Below the pieces are notes generated by a model, which worked only from the letters and a program-made list of their open reading frames with translations, made no database searches and was not told the origin of the DNA. The position numbers were made by a program, and so were the translations under genes. DNA of 64,000 nucleotides from Octopus vulgaris (lineage: Eukaryota): assembly GCA_951406725.2 (NCBI GenBank), contig OX597816.1, positions 74,524,001-74,588,000 on the forward strand. Direction: 5' to 3'. Shown piece by piece: positions 55,121 through 64,000 of the stretch. How positions within the stretch are numbered: the first letter of the stretch is position 1; every line of letters begins with the position of its first letter.

Positions 55121-55504
55121 TTATCATTTATCTTTTATGGTTTTCAGCCAGAGACTGACACCATTCTGGTGCACTGCCTTTACTGCATCCGGGGATTTTT
55201 CCAGTATTGCTTCTGGCGAAGTAGCAAGATGGACGTTGTCGCTCTTCTTTGTGACTCCTGCTACGATGTGGGCTCGTCCGTTATTGCAGATACAAAAAAA
55301 CTGTCGAGACGGTATTTGAAGACTTCCATGTCTACACCTTGCAGATCCCTGATGTTCTGTGGTAGGGCATTAAAAAGTTGTGGTCCCTTGAATCCCAAGC
55401 TATTACAATATTGGGTTCGTATCCTCAGTGGAGAAGATGGGACCTTTGGTACTGTGCAGTACCGTCCAGTTGGGACATTGTTGTAGATTTCGATTCCGAA
55501 ATTT

Positions 55505-55507
<3 letters not shown>
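55121..55507 (-). mobile_element. CR1-like LINE 3' end
   Basis: RTQYCNSLGFKGPQLFNALPQNIRDLQGVDMEVFKYRLDSF..ITDEPT, then tail ggctgaaaaccataaaagataaa. Confidence 0.8.
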
Positions 55508-55540
<33 letters not shown>

Positions 55541-55546
<6 letters not shown>

Positions 55547-56059
55547 AATATGTGAATTAATGTAGCCTTACCTTGCATTCAATATTTCGGAGTTATGACC
55601 CCATTTTCAAGAACTTGACGAATGTTGCCGATGTGCGTGTGTGTGAGCGTGTGTGGAGTGGGCATGCGCAGAAAGGTGTTGCTATAGTAACCAGCTAGCT
55701 TCCAGTAACTCCTATTATTGATTTTGGGTTTCTTTTGGTGTATGAGGATAGCCTCAGAGATTCTAGAATATATAATTTGACTTTTATGCACCTAACTAGT
55801 TTTTTTATTCAGTTTGCCGACATAACATAAATCTCTGAGGCTATCATCCTCATACACCCCAAAAAACCCCAAAATCAATAATAGAAGGGAGTTACAGGAA
55901 GCTATCTGGTTGCTATAGTAACACCTTTCTGCGCATGTCCATTCCACACACGCTCACACACACGCACATCGGCAACATTCGTCAATTTCTTCAAAATGGG
56001 GTCATAACCCCGAAATATTGAATACAAGGTAAGTCTACATTAATTCATATATTTGTTTT
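55541..56059. mobile_element. Inverted pair of Penelope-like 3' ends (~220-bp arms, ~65-bp spacer)
   Basis: 55541-55762 is the reverse complement of 55829-56059. RISEAILIHQKKPKINNR matches a GIY-YIG C-terminus, followed by a decayed hammerhead (ttgaaaa-tggggtcataactcc-GAAA-ta-TT). Confidence 0.75.
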
Positions 56060-56269
56060 CTTGTGATTTACCTTGCATTTACTTCGCATTGTTTTGGCCT
56101 TACCCACCATCTTTTATGCAATATATTCTACACAATGTTTCACAATAATTATTCCATTATATATATATATATATATATAAATTAGAGAATATATTTTATA
56201 TATTTATATTGTGAAATTTGATTTCATACTAAATTGAATTTTTCCCTGTAAGTTTGGAGTTATACTCCC

Positions 56270-56344
<75 letters not shown>

Positions 56345-56345
<1 letters not shown>

Positions 56346-56464
56346 TAAAATTTTCGAGTTACAGTCATTCTTCAGGTGGTTAAATATCTAAAATATAATC
56401 AAATATTGATTATATTTTAGATATTTAAACCACCTGAAGAATGACTGTAACTCGAAAATTTTAA
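56345..56464. repeat. Near-perfect 120-bp palindrome containing a CTGAAGA..GAAA remnant
   Basis: ttaaaattttcgagttacagtcattcttcaggtggtt pairs with aaccacctgaagaatgactgtaactcgaaaattttaa. Confidence 0.9.
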
Positions 56465-58827
56465 GAATTGGACAGCCATGAAACGATCGTAGTGTTATAT
56501 TAATTATCTTTTTTAATAATTTTGATATATATATATATTCTTTTACCTTTCCATTGTCACTAAATGAACTCTGCCACAAAAGGCATTTCTTAATGTGTTT
56601 CGAATATAGATATATTAAAGATTCTGAATATGACTTAGGTTATGTTTGTTAATGCACTTTGCGATATAGTACCACAGTTAAATGTGAGAGACTTGAATTT
56701 CTAAGAAATTTCACTGAATCTTGAATCATCATTGCATTGTTTTCCTGTGTGTATTTAAAACAAAATTTCAAGTCGACGTTCATTTTACTAAGCTGGTCAG
56801 TGATATGCACACATTAAGTTTTTTACTATAGGCACAAGATAATACAGTTCTCACGGACGAGGGCATCTCTTGCCCTTTTCGCTACTCTTTTAGCTTTATA
56901 TGAATCCACTGGTGTCATTATATTCAAGCCAGGTGGTATTAGCTTTGAGTCTCTGCATTTACATAAGAAAGTCAGGCACAAGGCTTGAAATATAGGTACA
57001 AGGCCTGAAATTTTGGAGGAGTGAGCTAGTCGATTACATCGACCCCAGTGCACAACTGGTAGTTATTTCATCAATCCCCAAATCCGAAAACAGGACCTGA
57101 TACCGCTAAGCATTCTGTCCGACATGCTAACTATTCTGCCAGCACGTTGCCTTATACATAAGATCCATAATATATTACTTACATAACATATATATAATTT
57201 GACTAATGAGGAAATAAATTGATTTGTCATCTGTAGTTTATTAGTGGGATTGGTATATCTATCTATCTCTCTTTATATATATCTGTATATATCTCTCTCT
57301 ATATATATTTATCTCTATATATCTGTATATATCTGTATATATTTATATATCTATATCTATATCTATCTAACTATTTTATCATTTATTTTATCATTTATCA
57401 TTTATCTTTTATAGGTTTCAGCCAGTGGTTTCATCATCTAACTAGTTTTTTGACTCAGTTTGCCTACATAACATAAAATTTGGAGATTAATTTATCGAAT
57501 ACACTCGTAGATTCTTGCCCTGAACTTCATTTCTCGATATTCTTGAAAGATGATACGTTATTCTAAATAAATAAGACTGATGGATAAGAAACGTCGTCAA
57601 GGCATCGAACAAACTGCTTTGCAGTATTTTACTGTATCTCAGTAGTTCTGAATTAACAAATAATGCGATTGATATATTTCAATATGTACTCAAATGTTTG
57701 TGATGTAGTGCTCATGTTATAAATCAATAATATAGTGGGTAAAATTAATTTTAACGCTAAAAACAAAGCGCTCCGTTTTTTTTTTTTTTTATGGAACTGT
57801 ATTATCCTAGAAATAGAATGGCATTCGCACCGTTACTGTTTTTCATTCTTTGAGCGGGGGTTCAGTCATTTGAGTGATGCTATACGGGGACATCGCTTTC
57901 ATAGAGTTTTTAAATGATCGTGTCGATCTTAGTTCTTATATCAGTTTGTGAATTGTTTTATCATTCACTATTTATTGCACGTTTAAGTTATCATTTCGAG
58001 TAAAAAGGTGCACTTCGACGTGTCATTTTACATTCGTACACACACATATAAATTTATGCGTACATATACATAAATAAGCATACACGTCATACATATATAT
58101 GTATACATACACATACTTATACATACACAAATATGTGTGTGTGTGTGTGTGTATGTGTTTGTGTGTTGTGTAAGCAGCGTAAAAGCGTAAAATAAACCAG
58201 AACTACCATGACATTACCATCTCAAGTTGAAGGCAATTAGCAAGTTGCAAATATCTTTGGAAAAGACACGAACGTTCCGTTACCTGACTGCATTGAGAGA
58301 ATTTGTGTTTAATCAAAAAGAAATCAATATACTAAAAATAATGACACGTAAAGTTTAATAATTCCTTTTTCTGAATTGTTCGAGATTATTTCAAATATGT
58401 TGGCATCCAAATGGAAAATGGTAACTGCAAACAGGAAAAAATCCTTCATTAAATACATTGCGACAATTGAAATATTTAGCGTTGATGATTCCGATAAGTC
58501 ACTGGATTATTGCAACAAATCATTGTGGTGATTATTTCTCTCCAAGAAATGGCCATCATAGGATTTTAATCCAGCACTGTAAACTAACAAAATGCTCATT
58601 AATTTATACTTTGTTCCTTTCTTTTCAACAGAAACTTGTAACTCACCGTGATATATATTTACAGTTGTATGAATTTGGTGAGTGTTAAATACATTTGGTA
58701 TGGAAGCATGTCTGCTCGACGCCTATACGAACCACACCATTGGTTCGACACTCGTGTCAACCAGAAGAGAAAACATACTCTAAAAAGTTAAATGTCAATG
58801 ATAAAACGTGTATTGTCGAATACTTAC

Positions 58828-58962
58828 GTTTAAAACAAACTGAAGAATTCTGTGTTACGGCATAAGCTCTTCGACACTTGCAGGTACCGCCTGAACAAAT
58901 GCTATGGGCTACAGCATCACTACAATCCCTGTTTATTGAACATGTTTTATCGCCGATTTTTC
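58828..58962 (-). CDS. Exon C: one EB-like repeat (135 nt, phase 1-1)
   Basis: Acceptor ttcttacag, donor C|gtaagt. Translates KIGDKTCSINRDCSDAVAHSICSGGTCKCRRAYAVTQNSSVCFK. Confidence 0.9.
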
Positions 58963-59517
58963 CTGTAAGAAAATATATATATAAAAAAATGAAGAAAGCC
59001 AAGTAGTCGAAGTTTTTTTCTTTTATTTAATATAAACGAGAAGTATTTTTCCTGTTAATTTTTAATTAATTGTATCGTCGTAAAACTCGTTCAAATAATC
59101 AAATTTCCAGTTTGGATAATATTTCAAATAAAGAAAAATGCGGAAATACAATAAGTCAATTTAATTTAGGATTTGAAAATACTTCAATATGTTTCTAATT
59201 TTGTTTTCAAAGAACATTTGATGTTTATCACAAATTCTGAAAATTTAACGTTTATTAAGTGCCTACCTAATGGCTTGTATCATATTGATCGGTAAATTAT
59301 ATTTGGCTTTGTAAAACCTGAAACACGTATCATTCTTAGCAACAAAGGAAACTGCCGGCATAAGATATAATTTAATTTAATATTTTGTGATGTCAGATTT
59401 TTTAAAAATCTGATTCAGACACATCATTAATTTAATATACTGACAAGATAACAAAAATATTTGGAAAGTCGTTTAGAAAGGAAATAAAGGTAGTTATTAA
59501 GAAAGAATTCTACTCAC

Positions 59518-59815
59518 GTAGTGTACATGTTGTATTTAAGTTGTTAACATGGAATCCTGAGAGGCAAAGGCATGTATCGTGTCTACAACTGCTATTTGCC
59601 ACAGCACTAGAACAGTCTTCGTTATTTTTACATCCAGAGCTAAATATCTTTCGAATATTACACAAACTTCCATCGTCCTGAGCATGGAAACCCGTTATGC
59701 AGTCACATTTACCGGAAACGCACTTGCTGTTCTCCACTGCATTAAAACAATCGCTCTGCTCCATACAAGTGTCTCCAATAGTTCTAAGAATACAAGATGT
59801 ATTTGCGGCACTTGC
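59518..59815 (-). CDS. Exon B: end of repeat 3 plus 2 EB-like repeats
   Basis: Acceptor ctaaaatttcag. Phase-0 start ASAANTSCILRTIGDTCMEQSDC completes the repeat split by the intron. Donor C|gtgagt. Confidence 0.9.
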
Positions 59816-59890
59816 CTGAAATTTTAGAAGTAAAACGAAAGAATAAAAATCTTTTATATGAAACAGAAGCAGTGTTAGATTAAGATAATC

Positions 59891-60052
59891 ATTTATGTAT
59901 CATACTTAATGTAAATACATCGTAATAAGCAAAATTTACTGCGGTATCCGTCCTGAGATAACATCTCCTATGGACGAGATATTATCTCTGGATGAATACC
60001 GCAGTTAATTTTGTCTGTCACGATGTATCTACATTAAGTATGATATATAAAT
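59891..60052. repeat. ~77-bp-arm imperfect hairpin near the exon B acceptor
   Basis: tatcatacttaatgta..ctgcggtat..gagataacatctc pairs with gagatattatctc..ataccgcag..tacattaagtatgata. Confidence 0.9.
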
Positions 60053-60708
60053 AGCCTTTAAAACAATAATTATGGATATAATTCCATTGAATATACAAAT
60101 AATAGATATTTTCTAAATAAGGATAGGAATTAGCGAGCATCAAAATGAAGATGTGTACACTTGTTTTAACACATTCCTGAACACTCGAACGTGGAACCGC
60201 TCTCGCTACAGATTTTTAACTCAGAAAGTACTTTCTTCCTAGAGAGTTTGTGTGTTGTAAAAATACATGCTCCAAATGACACAATGTCTCTAGAAAGAAG
60301 TTGTTCTCTGAGACATAATCGTGTAGAGAGTGAGTGCCGTTCCACGTTCGAATACACTGAAACGTGTTACTGATAGATGTACACTTCTAAATTTTCTAAG
60401 ACTTTCTATGAAAATTGAATTTTATTTTTATTTATTATTTAAAACAATAGATAATATTAATATTGGTTTCAAACTTTGGTACTAGGCCAGCAATTTCGAG
60501 GAAGGGGACAAATCGATTACATCGGTCCCAGCATTCAACTGGTACTTATATTCTTGATCCCGAAAAGGATGAAAGGCAGGGTCGGCCTCGGCAGAATTTG
60601 AACTCAGAACGTAAAGACGCACAAAATGCCACTAAACATTTTTTCTCGGCGTTCTAACGATTCTGCCAGTTCGCCGCCGTAGATAAGGTTAATATTCACT
60701 GTTATTTT

Positions 60709-60930
60709 CTCTTTTACTTGTTTCAGTCATTTGACTGCGGCCATGCTGGAGCACCACCTTTAGTCGAGCAAATCGACTTATTCTTTGTAAACCTAGTACA
60801 TATTCTATCGGTCTCTTTTGCCGAACCGCTAAGTTACAGGGTCGTAAACACACCACCGTCAGTTGTCAAGCAATGTTGGTGGGATAAACACAGACACACA
60901 AACATATACACACACATACATATATATATA
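60709..60930 (-). mobile_element. Family-B SINE 3' half
   Basis: Family consensus match. Confidence 0.85.
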
Positions 60931-61053
60931 CAAGGATGAAATAAAGTACCAGTCAAGAACTGAATGAATATTTTCGACTAAGTCTTCTTCTTGTAATTAT
61001 TGGCCATCTGCCTTATTCAGATACAGTTATTATTAAAGTATATGAAATTATTA

Positions 61054-61220
61054 TAGGCGTAGGAGTGGCCGTGTGGTAAGTAGCTTGCTTACGAACCACA
61101 TGGTTCCGGGTTCAGTCCCACTGCATGGCACCTTGGGCAAGTATCTTCTACTATAGCCTCGGGCCGACCAAAGCCTTGTGAGTGGATTTGGTAGACGGAA
61201 ACTGAAAGAAGCCCGTCTTA

Positions 61221-61287
<67 letters not shown>

Positions 61288-61530
61288 ATGTGTGTGTGTG
61301 TAGGTGTATGTATGTGTGTGTATATGTTTGTGTGTCTGTATTTGTCCCACCAACATCGCTTGACAACCGATGCTGGTGTGTTTACGTCCCCGTCACATAG
61401 CGGTTCGGCAAAAGCGACCGATAGAATAAGTACTAGGCTTACAAAGAATAAGTCCTGGGGGTCGATTTGCTCGACTAAAGGTTGTGCTCCAGCATGGCCA
61501 CAGTCACATGACTAAAACAAGTAAAAGAGA
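61054..61530 (+). mobile_element. Family-B SINE, full length, with long (TA)n(TG)n
   Basis: taggcgtaggagtggccgtgtggtaag...acaagtaaaagag. Confidence 0.92.
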
Positions 61531-61585
61531 AATCAAATTCCGTCTAATTTCTTTAGACCAAACTTCACTCTTTGTTTCAACTTAC

Positions 61586-61959
61586 CTGGAAGCCCGAGCG
61601 ACACAAACAAGTTTTGCTTCTACAGAGGCTATTGTTGACGGCAGCGCTACAATCTTCATCCACCGTACATGTAGCGTCGTATATCTTCCTGAGGGTGCAA
61701 GAACTTCTGTTGGCAGCACCAAAGTATCCAACCTGACAGCGGCATGTACCGTTGAGGCATTTGCTGAACTCTATAGCTTTGCTACAGTCAATATCGCGCT
61801 TACAAGTATGGTCACCAAGTTTTCTCTTGTGGCATTGCTCCTTTGATTCATTTGGATGATAGCCTAGAAGGCACTGGCACGATCCGTTTGAACACGTACT
61901 GTTAGCCACAGCATCACTGCAATCTGTATCTACAATACAGCCTTCATCACCAATAATCC
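61586..61959 (-). CDS. Exon A: ~2.8 EB-like six-Cys repeats
   Basis: Acceptor ttgatttttcag, donor CAG|gtaagt. Translates IIGDEGCIVDTDCSDAVANSTCSNGSCQCLLGYHPNESKEQCHKRKLGDHTC...CLCRSGFQ. Confidence 0.9.
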
Positions 61960-63150
61960 CTGAAAAATCAATAAATCTTCATCAATGCAAGGGTAAAAGA
62001 CTTTTCTAAAGAACTTATTTGGTTCTATTGAAAGTATCTAATTACAGACTCTTTTTATTATAATAACATTAGTAATCAATGCAAGTAATAGTAATTCGAT
62101 ATTTTTATAGTAAACACCGTTCATTGATGGCAAGTTTTCAGTGGGCTGACGGAGAATAAATCTCGTTTGAGATTCCTTTACTTACATTGCTATAAAACTT
62201 TAGGACACGGATATATCATTTCAGTTTCCTGTCATTGTCGTTAAACATTAAGTTAAAGTCAGCCTCATTCAGATGGCAAACTGGCAGACTCATTAAATCG
62301 TTGGAGACTTGGAAAGAGCTTCTTTGTGTAAGCTGTTTCCTAGCCTGTCTAAAACTCCGCATACCAGATGCTAGCAGGAAGATGTAGGGCTCATCAGGAA
62401 AGAATGCGCAACATTCCGAAGCATTTCTCTTGGCGGCGGATGTACAGCGCACTGGCCATCCCTCGCTGACGTGAGGTCCCACCTGCTCAGTCGACCGACT
62501 AATATTCGATCTTAATTCCTTTTCAGAATCGTCCACCTTTCAAACTGAGGAGTCATGACGTCTGATTGCCATCTAAGCAGGCAGGTACCTGCTTCACACC
62601 AACACATCACCTCTCCAGCAAGGGTTCCTCATTCCTTTTCTTTGTTTCCGATTTTCGATTAAGGTCAGATTTCACCAGTACTTGAACGGTATTTCTTTAA
62701 CGATCCTTCTAGGATCGATGATTAAAGAACCAGTCATGTACTGGGGTTGATTCTTTGCTTTCTCTAAATAGACTACTAGAAGAGCTGAAGAAGATCTCTC
62801 ACAACCTTTTTACTCTTTTCTCCAGCGACGAATATCTGTCGAGTGATAGGCGAGCAAACTCTTCTCTGAAAAAGCTCATGGATGGCCTGATTTGCAATAC
62901 AATACACCATGAAACAGTCATATTCCACCTTAATAATATCGGTAATAAAGCAGTTTCAAATACGAACCAGGAATTCATTAGCCTTTGTTAGAAAACGCAA
63001 TCAAGATGACAAAAAAAGAAGATAACTGTTACGTAAGCAGTAATTATTATTTAAAGAGCAATATAAAATATATAGTTTGAAAATTTTGAACTTCAAATAT
63101 GCATCTTACAAAGACTCATTACATATATATATATATATACATAATACATA

Positions 63151-63206
<56 letters not shown>

Positions 63207-63234
63207 CACATATAAGTACCTCATTTGGTGAGGG

Positions 63235-64000
63235 ATAAATAATATTTAATCTAAAGGTCACAATACATGTATGAAAGCGCTACTAACAGTTTTCATATGT
63301 TCAGAAACATATTCTTCAGGCGCAAACCACATGTCATAACGAGCTAAAGAAATTGAATAATAAAAGAAACGCGAAAAAATTGAGACGGCAGCATATAGAA
63401 TATGGGTCTTCTTATCAGTTGTATGACTAAATCTATCTTATATGAGTCAGAATTTACTGATAAGAAGACATATTGGATTATGTGAAGGTGAATTTAGAAA
63501 TCGCTATGCCAATCACATAGCCTCCTTCCTACATAGGGACAACAAGTAAAGCTACTAAGTTGGCTAGCTACGTATGGACTTTGAAAGATAACGAAATACC
63601 GCATGTGATTAAATGGAAAGTAATTGAGAAATCCATACCTTATGTGAATGGATCGAATAAATGTAGACTTTGGCTGAAAAAGCGCAGATTCTGTTCAGAT
63701 CTAAGATCCTTAACTCTCTATTGAACTCCAGGTCAGAAATTTTCAGTGATTGCATGCATATGTATAAATATATTTTGAAGAATTGGAAATTCCGCATATT
63801 CCGTCCTGACTGACTTGATACCTTTCCAGCCTTTTCCTTAAAGTGCAAGGAGGATAGCTCTTCTACATTCTTACTTTTTATTTTTTATATTTCAGTTTTT
63901 GTTTTTGGTTTTCCGTTATTCGTTTTCCCTTGTTTACTGTCTGCATTTTCTATATGCTGCCTTCTCAGTTTTTTCGCGTTTCTTCTATTATTCAATTTCT
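63235..64000 (+). mobile_element. 5'-truncated Penelope-like element: inverted pseudo-LTR + GIY-YIG endonuclease remnant + start of the 3' pLTR
   Basis: KTY(I)GLCEGEFRNRYANHIASF..ATKLASYVWTLKDNEIPHVIKWKVIEKSIPYVNGSNKCRL..LLNSRSEIFSDCMH (63465-63790). 63348-63400 is the reverse complement of ~63947-64000. Confidence 0.85.
63277..63323 (-). ncRNA. Type-I hammerhead motif in the inverted Penelope pLTR
   Basis: gcgc-CTGAAGA-atatgtt(tctg)aacatat-GAAAA-ctgttag-TA-gcgc. One extra A in the core. Confidence 0.7.

Noticed and set aside
58647-58780. Possible extra exon ending at a gtgagt donor
   Set aside because: No Cys-repeat pattern and no convincing acceptor.
62216-62536. 106-aa ORF upstream of exon A
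   Set aside because: No repeat motif or splice signals. A faint DRILV remnant in another frame suggests a decayed LINE endonuclease, too weak to call.

Overview
AT-rich, repeat-dense eukaryotic genomic DNA. The SINE families and (TA)n/(TG)n load look like an Octopus genome, which is an inference. The window lies inside one large minus-strand gene. I reconstruct 8 in-frame GT-AG exons (61959 down to 7377; 1576 nt, ~525 aa, open at both ends) encoding 8 six-cysteine EB-like repeats, an EGF-like domain and a SEA-like domain. The introns hold at least four tRNA-derived SINE families, Tx1/L1-like, CR1-like and RTE-like LINE remnants, Penelope-like remnants, a maT/DD37D-type Tc1/mariner fossil, a Chapaev-like transposase fossil, MITEs and long hairpins. 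Four observations stand out: (i) several minimal type-I hammerhead ribozyme motifs, including one in a tRNA-headed element inserted as a head-to-head inverted dimer with a 15-bp TSD; (ii) one SINE family shares its 3' tail with a Tx1-like LINE; (iii) that family forms head-to-tail arrays through a recurrent exact junction; (iv) a second SINE family shares its tail with a CR1-like LINE. All alignments and foldings were done by eye.
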